A stretch of DNA of 27,067 nt from a virus (Duplodnaviria; Caudoviricetes). The notes beneath the pieces are model-generated. The model saw nothing but the letters and a program-made list of their open reading frames with translations, did no database searches and was not told where the DNA came from. Below are positions 6,764 to 14,531 of this stretch, piece by piece; position 1 is the stretch's first letter, and every line of letters begins with the position of its first letter. A program made the translations under genes and the position numbers. The stretch spans positions 1-27,067 of IMG/VR virus record IMGVR_UViG_3300021560_000061. One strand, written 5' to 3'.

Positions 6764-8421
6764 TGCGCCACCTCCATGTAGCCTGGTGGATTCCGTTTGT
6801 GTTCTGGTTCGCGCTCTATACCGTTACCGCGTGCGCCTGGGTTATTAACGGCTACGCCCAGGAGTACCTAGGCTGGCGCCATCCTGGCCGGCCTGGGAAG
6901 ATCCATAAGGTTCTGGTGCGCTGGCATACCGGGCTCCACGTCCATCCGGACAAGAGCTATGGCGATGAGCGGAAGAACCGCAAGACGGCCGGAGGCTCTA
7001 CCCGCGCAACGGCTGAAGGCACGATCGTGTATTTCGCGCTTCACTCGCGCAAATACCGGTTCTTCCGGAATAACCTCATTACGTTCTTTGTCCTGGTCCT
7101 GCTAAGCTGTATGGCTATCGATCCGGCCGATACCGTCATTTCTGTGACGCTGACTATCCTTACGGTATTCCTTGCGCTAACCGTCTCGTTTGTAATGCGG
7201 AAGCGCGAGCAGTTCCGGAAGGCTCGCCCGCAGCATAGGCCAGCCATTGCCCGGACGACCGCAGCCAAGGCCGTATTCCGGGAAGACACGCTTACGGAAG
7301 GCACAAAGCCGGTACTCATTGAGGAAGAGAAGCCACAGCTGGAAGGCGTACCCAAGAACGTTCTTGCGAACCTACTCGCTGGAAAGATGGGCGTGTCGGC
7401 AGTCGAGATCAATGCGCGGCTCCGGCTCTCGCCGGATCAGGGTGCGCTCCAGCTACCGGACGCCTATGCGGCGCTTCAGAAAGAACGCGAGTCCGTTGAG
7501 GAGATCATCGAGGCACATACGGACGGCAAGGTCGCATTCCGGTGGGCCACCACGACTACGCCGCGCACCCTGTTCTGGACTCCGGTAATCGAGCCTAAGC
7601 TGCCGGACAAGGTTCTCTTCCGCGACTACCTACCGCAGCTGGAGGCGCTTCCAGCGCGTGAGACCGGTCTGGGCGTCCGGGCTAACCGCGATATGTACGT
7701 CCAGAGTCATAACGGAGACCTTCCGTGGTGGTGCCGCTTTATGGGCTCCGGTACTGGGAAGTCGCACAGCTTCCTCATCAAAGCAGCGCAGATCGCGCAT
7801 AAGGACCCAGCAGCCGATATCTACTGCTTTGATACCAAGCAGGTTTCATTCGAGATGCTCCATGATATTCCCGGCATCACGATCTTTGATGATCCGGTCA
7901 CCGGAATGGATAAGATCTGGACTGGTTTCTATAACCTTGCCGGAATCCTGGAGAGCCGGTATACAGCCGTCCGGGAGAAGCGAGCGAGGCTCAGTGACTT
8001 CAATGACATCTGGGTATTCGTCGATGAGGGAAACCACCTAGGCGGCAAGCTCAAGACGTACTGGACTAAAAACCTAGGCGAATCGAGCGCGAGCCCATCG
8101 ATATGGGCTGAGGCTATCGCTCCGCTACTCCAGCAAGGCCGCCAGGCGAATATGTTCGGTGAGATGATGTTCCAGGATCTTACCGACCGTGCTATGGGAG
8201 GCCAGTCGCTCAAGTTCGCGTTTAGCGCATTCTGCGCGGCCGGATTCCAGCCAAATCAGTTCACCCGGACGGTTGGCCCGCCAGCAGCCGAATGCCTGGA
8301 AGGTCCAGGGCGTATACTTGTGTGTCAAGGGAATAAGAGAACTTGGACGCAAGGCTTTATGGATGACGAGCAATGGCTTCATGACTACGCGCTCGCTAAC
8401 CGGAGAGGAAGGAAAGTATGA
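6748..8421 (+). CDS. FtsK/SpoIIIE-family (TraB-like) membrane ATPase / DNA translocase
   Basis: N-terminal TM helices; Walker A MGSGTGKS; FDTKQ; Walker B WVFVDEG; QGRQANM..MMFQ. Confidence 0.8.
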   Translation: MFDLIMRHLHVAWWIPFVFWFALYTVTACAWVINGYAQEYLGWRHPGRPGKIHKVLVRWHTGLHVHPDKSYGDERKNRKTAGGSTRATAEGTIVYFALHSRKYRFFRNNLITFFVLVLLSCMAIDPADTVISVTLTILTVFLALTVSFVMRKREQFRKARPQHRPAIARTTAAKAVFREDTLTEGTKPVLIEEEKPQLEGVPKNVLANLLAGKMGVSAVEINARLRLSPDQGALQLPDAYAALQKERESVEEIIEAHTDGKVAFRWATTTTPRTLFWTPVIEPKLPDKVLFRDYLPQLEALPARETGLGVRANRDMYVQSHNGDLPWWCRFMGSGTGKSHSFLIKAAQIAHKDPAADIYCFDTKQVSFEMLHDIPGITIFDDPVTGMDKIWTGFYNLAGILESRYTAVREKRARLSDFNDIWVFVDEGNHLGGKLKTYWTKNLGESSASPSIWAEAIAPLLQQGRQANMFGEMMFQDLTDRAMGGQSLKFAFSAFCAAGFQPNQFTRTVGPPAAECLEGPGRILVCQGNKRTWTQGFMDDEQWLHDYALANRRGRKV

Positions 8422-8846
8422 GGAAATGGATGGAGCGCCAGTGTGGCCGGCTGAACTTCTCTCCGGCGATGTCGGTGCTCTGTATTCTGATCGCGCTTGC
8501 GGTAATCGTTTACGTCTACCGCCACCTCATCATCATGACGCTGCTGTACTTCCTACTCGCGGCTGGCATCCTGTTCGCGATTATGGCGACGGTTGCCCTG
8601 GCGGTGAATTACTACCGCTGGCAGAAGCGGCGTACGGAGGCCGCGATTTCGGCAGAGATCAAGGCCCACGGAGCCGGTATCGAGCGCTCTGGCTCCCTGA
8701 CGGCTCCGCTCCCGGATGCCGACATGCCGCGTCCGGTCTCGCCGGAAGACATGAGGCGGACGGCCGACTGGCTCTCCAACCCCGGTACGGAGCTGACCTG
8801 GAGCGCGGACGGCAAGACGCTAACCGCCAAGGATGGTGATGCATGA
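8418..8846 (+). CDS. two-TM membrane protein
   Basis: ATGA overlap with the ATPase gene; two hydrophobic segments. Confidence 0.75.
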   Translation: MRKWMERQCGRLNFSPAMSVLCILIALAVIVYVYRHLIIMTLLYFLLAAGILFAIMATVALAVNYYRWQKRRTEAAISAEIKAHGAGIERSGSLTAPLPDADMPRPVSPEDMRRTADWLSNPGTELTWSADGKTLTAKDGDA

Positions 8847-8906
8847 CCGGCGTCTCGTGGGGATAACACACACTGTTCGAAATTGGTTTCCGTTCGAATG
8901 CAATAC

Positions 8907-8999
8907 CGGTTCCGCAAGCTGAAAAAAGTTTGCGGAACCGTTTTGTTTCTGCCAAACATGGGGTAGACTTGCCGTAGGCAAGAACGAAAGGCGAGGAAA
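8907..8999 (+). promoter_or_regulatory. terminator-like hairpin + promoter + start cassette, copy A
   Basis: IR 8907-8920/8927-8940 + TTTTG; TAGACT at 8964; TTGCCGTAGGC; GAAAGGCGAGGAAA-ATG. Confidence 0.75.
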
Positions 9000-9527
9000 A
9001 TGAAAGTTACGGTAGTCAAGAACTGGCAAGGCCGGGAAGAGATCCACAAGGCCGGCTGCTCCGACCTCAAGCGCCGGAATCGGCCTTACCGGCTCGCGGA
9101 CGCGATGACGATGGAGGCCGCAAGTGAGGCCGATATCTTCGCGAGCTACTGGGACTGTATAGCGGATGAGGCCGTGGCGAATGGCGACTATGCGACCGTA
9201 GAGCACGTCTGGTGGGCGTGGCAGTCCGAATTCTCCGTGAAGCCGTGCGCGAAGGAACTGCCTCCGATGGCTGACCCTAACAAGGCTCCGGCTCTGGCTC
9301 CGGCTCCGGCTCCGGCCGCGAACGGAAAGGGCAAGCGGAGCGCGAACCAGGAGACGGCTCGCTGGCTGGTAGACCTCGTGGCCGCTCACGCGGGCGAGCT
9401 AGAGCCGGAGCAGCTCCAGAAGGCCGTGAACTGGCTGAGCCACCTTCCGACCGGAGGCGAGGGTGCTGGCCCGCTCCGGTATTGGCCGGAAGGCCTGGTG
9501 CGGCCGGACAAGGCTGACTGGCGGTAG
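9000..9527 (+). CDS. hypothetical protein with C-terminal domain paralogous to 521..1126
   Basis: NWLSHLPTGG..RYWPEGLVRPDKADW versus NWVKSLPTGG..RYWPKGFARPTSADW. Confidence 0.85.
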   Translation: MKVTVVKNWQGREEIHKAGCSDLKRRNRPYRLADAMTMEAASEADIFASYWDCIADEAVANGDYATVEHVWWAWQSEFSVKPCAKELPPMADPNKAPALAPAPAPAANGKGKRSANQETARWLVDLVAAHAGELEPEQLQKAVNWLSHLPTGGEGAGPLRYWPEGLVRPDKADWR

Positions 9528-9536
9528 GGAACGGGC

Positions 9537-9639
9537 GAGCGGCCGGAGGAATCTCCTCCGGCCGCTTTGCTTTTTGGCAGACGTGAGGTAAGCTTGCCCT
9601 AGCGGCCGGAGGAACCGGCCGGAGGCGAGAGGCGAGGAA
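9537..9639 (+). promoter_or_regulatory. cassette copy B
   Basis: GAGCGGCCGGAGGA/TCCTCCGGCCGCTT hairpin, TTTGCTTTTTGGCAGA, TAAGCT at 9589, GAGAGGCGAGGAA-ATG. Confidence 0.8.
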
Positions 9640-9951
9640 ATGGCGAATCTGACTACCATGGAACACGGGCTAGCGCTCGCGGCGCTCTACGTCGCGGAAG
9701 CCGTAGACACGGCCGGAACCGGCGATGGTCCGATGAGCGGCTACTGGGCGGAAGAGCACACGACTCCGGACACCGAGGAAGATGTGCTGCCGAGCACGCT
9801 CTACGGTGGTCCGGGCGAGAACAAGCCGCGCTCCGGCTTTACGCTGTGGAACGGAGCGCACGGCTACCGTGTGACTATCGAGCCGCTAGAGTGGACGCAG
9901 CGGCCGGAGGCCGTTCCGTCCGAGACGTGGCACCGGACTCGCCACCCGTAG
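9640..9951 (+). CDS. hypothetical protein
   Basis: 103 aa directly after cassette B. Confidence 0.8.
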   Translation: MANLTTMEHGLALAALYVAEAVDTAGTGDGPMSGYWAEEHTTPDTEEDVLPSTLYGGPGENKPRSGFTLWNGAHGYRVTIEPLEWTQRPEAVPSETWHRTRHP

Positions 9952-9961
9952 GCGAGCTAGC

Positions 9962-10047
9962 GAGCGGCCGGAGGTTAGCACCTCCGGCCGCTTTGCTTTT
10001 TGGCAGTAGTGCGGTAAGCTTGCCGTAGGCGAACGAAAGGCGAGGAA
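9962..10047 (+). promoter_or_regulatory. cassette copy C
   Basis: Same hairpin arms, TTTGCTTTTTGGCAG, TAAGCT at 10015, TTGCCGTAGGC, GAAAGGCGAGGAA-ATG. Confidence 0.8.
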
Positions 10048-10386
10048 ATGAACGAGATGAGCTGGAAGGCCGGAGAGCGGTGCGAGCGGCACGAGCAGGG
10101 CTGGTGTGCGGAGTGCCGGCCGGTAATCGTCCCGGAGCCTGCTCCGGTATCCGCTCCGGTAGCGAAGGTGCGGAAGCCAGCTTTCCAGTGGACTTACCGG
10201 AGCGTTAACACGGCTCTGAAGGCCGTGGACGTAGCCGTCAAAGAGACGCTAGCCGACAATCCGGAGATGGCCTCCGTGGAAGACTCCGTTTACTGGGAGA
10301 TCTGCCAGGCGATTCAGTTTGACACCGCTCCGGCCGCGCGGCGCGAGCTAGCGCGGGTAACCGGCGTGGCCCTGATCGACCGGTAG
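10048..10386 (+). CDS. hypothetical protein with N-terminal CxxH-x4-CxxC motif
   Basis: CERHEQGWCAEC; follows cassette C. Confidence 0.8.
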   Translation: MNEMSWKAGERCERHEQGWCAECRPVIVPEPAPVSAPVAKVRKPAFQWTYRSVNTALKAVDVAVKETLADNPEMASVEDSVYWEICQAIQFDTAPAARRELARVTGVALIDR

Positions 10387-10398
10387 CCGAGAGCGAGT

Positions 10399-10481
10399 GA
10401 CGGCCGGAGGATTCCTCCGGCCGTTTTGCTTTTTGGCAGAACTGGGGTAGACTTGCCGTAGGCAAGGCGAGAGGCGAGGAA
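10399..10481 (+). promoter_or_regulatory. cassette copy D
   Basis: GACGGCCGGAGG/CCTCCGGCCGTT hairpin, TTTGCTTTTTGGCAGA, TAGACT at 10448, TTGCCGTAGGC, GAGAGGCGAGGAA-ATG. Confidence 0.8.
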
Positions 10482-10922
10482 ATGGGACAGAAGCGGCAGG
10501 ATGAGACTCCGATAGCGGTTGCGCGCGCGGATGCGTTCGCTCGCGAGGCGCGGAAGTATGGTCTCCGGGCTCGCGTGGAAGTCGAGACCCATCCGGCTGA
10601 GTACTACAAGCACGAGCCGACTGAGATCATGCTCGCGGAGCGGATTACCGCGTGGGCGATCGTGGATGACGAATGGCTCGGAGTCTTTGGAGACCACCTG
10701 ATGGTCGGATGGTCTTCCGTCCGTCCGGGGCAGGCCGGATACTCCGCGACTACGCGGTTCATGTCCGGGAACGTCTCCCGGACGCTGCTCCCTACCAAGA
10801 AGCTTTCGGAGCGTGCGTCGTGGAGCGAGCTAGCGAACTACCGCTACCGGCTCGATGACCCTGCTAAGTACGGTATCAAAGAGGACACCACGCCGGAGTC
10901 GGCGTGGTCGTGGAGCAAGTGA
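10482..10922 (+). CDS. hypothetical protein
   Basis: 146 aa after cassette D. Confidence 0.8.
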   Translation: MGQKRQDETPIAVARADAFAREARKYGLRARVEVETHPAEYYKHEPTEIMLAERITAWAIVDDEWLGVFGDHLMVGWSSVRPGQAGYSATTRFMSGNVSRTLLPTKKLSERASWSELANYRYRLDDPAKYGIKEDTTPESAWSWSK

Positions 10923-11157
10923 GAGGAAGCGCCTCCGGGCGAGCGATCTGTACGGGTGCGGAAGAACGATAGGTACAAAGTGGAAGTCCAGTCATACGTA
11001 GGCGAGCCGCGAAAGCTCGTGCTATGGGCGCGAGGCGAGATAGGGTGGATCTGGCAGCAGTCGATGCCCATCCCGGACGGCCTAGATGCGGCGTGGCTGG
11101 AAAATGACGTACTAAACCGGCTCGCGTAGGAAGCGCAGAACCGGTATACTTGTGCGT

Positions 11158-11247
11158 GGAGCCGGAGCCCGGCATTGTAGGTGGCCCAGTCCCGAAAGCA
11201 ATCGGGCCAGTAGGGACGTAACTGCCGAAGTGGAGCGCTCCGGCTCC
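11158..11247 (+). ncRNA. candidate structured leader RNA with possible pseudoknot
   Basis: Begins 8 nt after TATACT (11145-11150); perfect 11-bp closing stem and nested stems. Confidence 0.4.
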
Positions 11248-11273
11248 CCAAGGCGAAACGAGGAAGGCGAGAG

Positions 11274-12239
11274 ATGGACCTCAGCAAGACCCTAAAGACA
11301 ATCCGTGGGCTCTACGCGAAGGCAGAGAGCCTGGAGGCGATGGGCTCTCCGGACAACATTAAGGAAGCGGATACCTACCGCGCCAAGGCCGATGGCCTTA
11401 TGCAGCAGTACGCGGTAGAGGAATGGCAGCTCCTGAACGTAGCGGCTACCGGCCTAAAGCCGTCAAAGATCCGCATCGAGATCGGGATGTGGGATAGCCC
11501 GTTCCGCGACGAAACGGCGACGCTGGTCTATATCGTCGCCAAGTTCTGTAAGTGCGCTTCCATCCAGATCATGGACTCCGGGAAATACCGGGGCACCGAG
11601 GATTGGTGCGAGGTCTACGGGTACGAGAGTGACCTGCGGTATTTCGAGCTTCTGTATACGTCGCTATTCCTCCACATGAGCGGCGCTATTTTCCCCAAGC
11701 CGAATCCGGCGTTGTCGCTAGGCGAGAATGCCTACATTCTCCACAATGCGGGAATGAACTGGTTTGACATCGCCAAGGCGTATGGCTGGCGCGAAGTCAC
11801 GAGCCGTCCGGGCGAAGCCAAGTACATGTATGTGAACGAGAGCCTCCATCCGGGCGAGCGGATCTCCTGGGCCAAGAGCATCGGCCGGATCAAGGCCGCG
11901 TACGTCGCGGAGATTGCGCGCCGTGGCGAGGTATTCTTCAGGATTCCGCCATCCGGCTCTGAGACGTTCCGGCGCAACGCGGCGCAGGGATACCTCACAC
12001 AGATCCGGTCTCGGCTCACAAAGATGGCCGGCGAGCGCGGAGCCGGTACGGAGCTGGTCCTGCGCGACAAGACGCAGAACGTAGCCGATATGCTCGCGGC
12101 TGAGCATCCCGACAAGAAAGCCTCCGGTACCAAGAACCTCCGGTATAACCATGATGCCTACCAGCTAGGCGTACGCCATGCGAACATGGCTGACTTGAAC
12201 CCGGCAGCGGGCTCGCCTAGGCGCGGAGCGATCTCGTGA
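11274..12239 (+). CDS. DUF2786-domain protein
   Basis: N-terminal IRGLYAKAES..EADTYRAKADGLMQQYAV pattern; YGYESD; C-terminal AYQLGVRHANMADL. Confidence 0.75.
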   Translation: MDLSKTLKTIRGLYAKAESLEAMGSPDNIKEADTYRAKADGLMQQYAVEEWQLLNVAATGLKPSKIRIEIGMWDSPFRDETATLVYIVAKFCKCASIQIMDSGKYRGTEDWCEVYGYESDLRYFELLYTSLFLHMSGAIFPKPNPALSLGENAYILHNAGMNWFDIAKAYGWREVTSRPGEAKYMYVNESLHPGERISWAKSIGRIKAAYVAEIARRGEVFFRIPPSGSETFRRNAAQGYLTQIRSRLTKMAGERGAGTELVLRDKTQNVADMLAAEHPDKKASGTKNLRYNHDAYQLGVRHANMADLNPAAGSPRRGAIS

Positions 12240-12403
12240 GGAAGCACAAGGCCACCGTCGCCATCGGAGCGACGGTGGCCGGCTATCTAGCCGCGTACCA
12301 GCTCCACGGCCCAGAGACGCTGGCTCTGCGCCGCGTAGGCGTACTCCTGATGCTAGCCGGAATTGTCTGGCTCGCGCTCCGCATCGTTAGGAGAGGTCGA
12401 TGA
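12236..12403 (+). CDS. 55-aa membrane protein, not in ORF track
   Basis: GTGA overlap; MRKHKATVAIGATVAGYLAAYQL...VGVLLMLAGIVWLALRIVRRGR. Confidence 0.65.
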   Translation: MRKHKATVAIGATVAGYLAAYQLHGPETLALRRVGVLLMLAGIVWLALRIVRRGR

Positions 12404-12558
12404 GAGACAAAACCTTTGCGACGGTAGGCGTTGTAGCCGCAGTCGGTTCGCTAGTTGCGTTCGCCGGATCATCAAACGATCCAGGATTCATCAGAGTCGC
12501 CTCGCTCGTACTTGGGTGCGTGATCCTGCTAGTCATCTGGTTCGGGAAGCCGCACTGA
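12400..12558 (+). CDS. 52-aa two-TM membrane protein, not in ORF track
   Basis: ATGA overlap, AGGAGAGG SD; MRDKTFATVGVVAAVGSLVAFAG...VASLVLGCVILLVIWFGKPH. Confidence 0.7.
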   Translation: MRDKTFATVGVVAAVGSLVAFAGSSNDPGFIRVASLVLGCVILLVIWFGKPH

Positions 12559-12560
12559 AA

Positions 12561-12640
12561 TTTTGCTTTCCGGCCGGTCTGGGGTATAGTTGTCTCTAGT
12601 CGGCCGGAGAGAAGATCCGGCGAAGCGAAAGGCGAGGAAA
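12561..12640 (+). promoter_or_regulatory. promoter related to cassettes A-D
   Basis: TTTTGCTT ... TGGGG-TATAGT (12585); GCGAAAGGCGAGGAAA-ATG. Confidence 0.65.
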
Positions 12641-13273
12641 ATGGCGAGTATCAAGTGCGGACACTGCCGGAAGATCCACGAGAGTGCGGCGGCTGTGTTC
12701 CGGTGCTCGATGAACCAGGCGAACGAAACCGCGCGTGCGGCCGCTCCGGCGACGGAGACCGCTACCGGTCACCGGCTAGGCGTCCGTGAGAACAAGTTCG
12801 CTCAGGACTGCGCGAAGTGCGGTCACGAGGTCGCGGCGCTAGCCGGAAGGCTAGAGCGGAACGCGAGCGGCCGGTGGGACGTTTACCACATGGATGGTCA
12901 GTGCGGCGAGATCGTTCGTAACCCTAAGCAGGGCGGCAAGTTCCCGGAAGGCTTTAAGGCGATTCCGGCCGGACACTACGCGGTCAAGTCGCTTACCGGT
13001 AACAACGATCTCGATTTCTTCCGGGTTGACCGGCCGACTGAGGGACGGCACGCCGGAAGGATTTTCGTGAAGCGGGTCATCGGTGGGAAGCCGGAAGCTC
13101 CGGTTCACGGCTCTACCCGCTACGCGGCGCTAGAGGCGATCGTGAAGGCCGGAGTCGATGCGGCCGGATTCCTCTACGGTCAGGAGCTAGGCCGGTGCCG
13201 GAAGTGTAACCGCCACCTTACCGATGAAACTTCGCGCTCGCTCTCGATGGGCCCGGAGTGCCGGAGTAAGTAA
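12641..13273 (+). CDS. multi-Zn-finger protein with C-terminal DUF6011-like domain
   Basis: CGHC..H..C, CAKC, and CRKCNRHLTDETSRSLSMGPEC; start reassigned to ATG 12641. Confidence 0.75.
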   Translation: MASIKCGHCRKIHESAAAVFRCSMNQANETARAAAPATETATGHRLGVRENKFAQDCAKCGHEVAALAGRLERNASGRWDVYHMDGQCGEIVRNPKQGGKFPEGFKAIPAGHYAVKSLTGNNDLDFFRVDRPTEGRHAGRIFVKRVIGGKPEAPVHGSTRYAALEAIVKAGVDAAGFLYGQELGRCRKCNRHLTDETSRSLSMGPECRSK

Positions 13274-13338
13274 CAAGACGTCAGACGGGCGAGGCGCTAT
13301 CCTACGGGTAGCGCCTCGCGGCGCAGAAAGGCGATACC

Positions 13339-13923
13339 ATGAAAACCTACCACGTAGTAATCGAGCCGATGGACGGCTACCAGAGCGAGAGCGAATTCCA
13401 GGCCCAGATTCTCCACATGGAGTACACGTTCACTATCGGTGACCGGGCTCCGGAGAAAGACCCAGAGGTCTTGGTGCGTGGCTTCCTTCGCGACTCCCAC
13501 CTATTCCGGTACGTCAAGGTCACGGAGCTGCGCGAGGCCGATACGTCCTGCGCCGGAATCGAGACGGCTCCGGACTCACCGCCGCTTACGGCTCCGGAGT
13601 CCGGACTGACCGATATCTGCGAGGTCTGCCGGAAGTCCCATTCCGACGCTAAAGAGACCGTCAGGTTCAGCAGTCTCCTGACGTTCTATCCGGGGCACGA
13701 GTACGTCATCCGCACCAAGACCTCGCAGCAAAAATACGCGCGAGAATGGCGGATGGGATATATCGGTTTCGGAATGGGGATGCAGTTCTCGGCTCGCGGT
13801 CCTGACCGGACGCACGGAGGCCAGTACGGAGGTACCCAGCAAATCGACCTCGCGATGATAATCGGAGCGCGCGAGGTAGAGCGTGACGATTCGCTCCGCT
13901 ATACCGGAAAGGTAGTCAAGTAA
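13339..13923 (+). CDS. hypothetical protein
   Basis: 194 aa; GAAAGGCGATACC start motif after a GC hairpin. Confidence 0.75.
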   Translation: MKTYHVVIEPMDGYQSESEFQAQILHMEYTFTIGDRAPEKDPEVLVRGFLRDSHLFRYVKVTELREADTSCAGIETAPDSPPLTAPESGLTDICEVCRKSHSDAKETVRFSSLLTFYPGHEYVIRTKTSQQKYAREWRMGYIGFGMGMQFSARGPDRTHGGQYGGTQQIDLAMIIGAREVERDDSLRYTGKVVK

Positions 13924-14084
13924 TGCCACCGTTCATTTCCCTCATGTTCCCGTCCATGATTCCGGCGACGGTTCCGGCCGAATCCGGAAGACACGAGGCT
14001 CCCACGACCAAGCGCTGCGGTAACTGCGGAGCCGTTAATCCGGCTGGCGCTAGTAAGTGTGGCGGATGTAGCAAGTCATTCTAG
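13923..14084 (+). CDS. 53-aa zinc-ribbon protein, not in ORF track
   Basis: TAATG overlap; KRCGNCGAVNPAGASKCGGCSKSF. Confidence 0.65.
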   Translation: MPPFISLMFPSMIPATVPAESGRHEAPTTKRCGNCGAVNPAGASKCGGCSKSF

Positions 14085-14138
14085 GCCGATTACCGGTGGA
14101 GTAGACTACCGGTATCCCAACGCTCGAAAGGCGAGACA

Positions 14139-14531
14139 ATGGCAAGAACGTCCAGTAACCCCACTCCTGAGGAAGTCGTCCGCGAGTACCTCAAGGGCAG
14201 GAAGCTTTCCGGCTCCGGCCGTGCGACGTACGTTGGCCCGGAGGATGCGGCGCTGTGGGCGCGCGAGATCGCGGAGCGGCTTCCCAAGTCCACGAACGTC
14301 AAGGCCTGGGTCGGCTACGGTCCTGACCGGAAGGCCGTACTCTTCACCGGGAAGTCCAAGGCCGAGATCAAAGAGAAGTGGGAGGCATCGATTGGCGTTA
14401 CCGACGCGAAGCGTCAGGTGCGCGTGGTCTTCACGGCCTCCGGCGTCTACCGCTACTCGTTCACGGCCGCAGACTTCTCTACCCACGACATCTGGATCGT
14501 GGAAGCCGGAATGGAGGGTTTCGGTGCTTAA
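14139..14531 (+). CDS. hypothetical protein
   Basis: 130 aa; CGAAAGGCGAGACA start motif; TAGACT inside an upstream IR. Confidence 0.8.
   Translation: MARTSSNPTPEEVVREYLKGRKLSGSGRATYVGPEDAALWAREIAERLPKSTNVKAWVGYGPDRKAVLFTGKSKAEIKEKWEASIGVTDAKRQVRVVFTASGVYRYSFTAADFSTHDIWIVEAGMEGFGA

Noticed and set aside
6748-8421. ATPase as terminase or type IV coupling protein
   Set aside because: No terminase nuclease domain, relaxase or T4SS genes; TM segments plus motifs fit FtsK/TraB better
8907-10481. Repeated intergenic units as a CRISPR array or attC sites
   Set aside because: The intervening sequences are whole genes, the repeats are degenerate promoter units, and no integron integrase or attC core is seen
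11158-11247. tRNA, twister or hammerhead ribozyme assignment
   Set aside because: No cloverleaf or TTC loop and no CUGANGA core; GTCCC..AAGC and AAGTGGAG only loosely recall twister and the order does not fit, so it is kept as an unassigned candidate
12250-12280. Perfect hairpin GGCCACCGTCGC..GCGACGGTGGCC as a terminator
   Set aside because: Lies inside a plausible coupled ORF and lacks a U-tract; it cannot be excluded but is unsupported
14059-14523. N-terminal extension of the glycosyltransferase ORF
   Set aside because: Overlaps the better-supported 14139..14531 gene; GTG 14524 has an SD. Similar over-long track starts at 4988, 12590, 15224, 16312, 18878, 20138, 21076, 24373 and 26229 were trimmed
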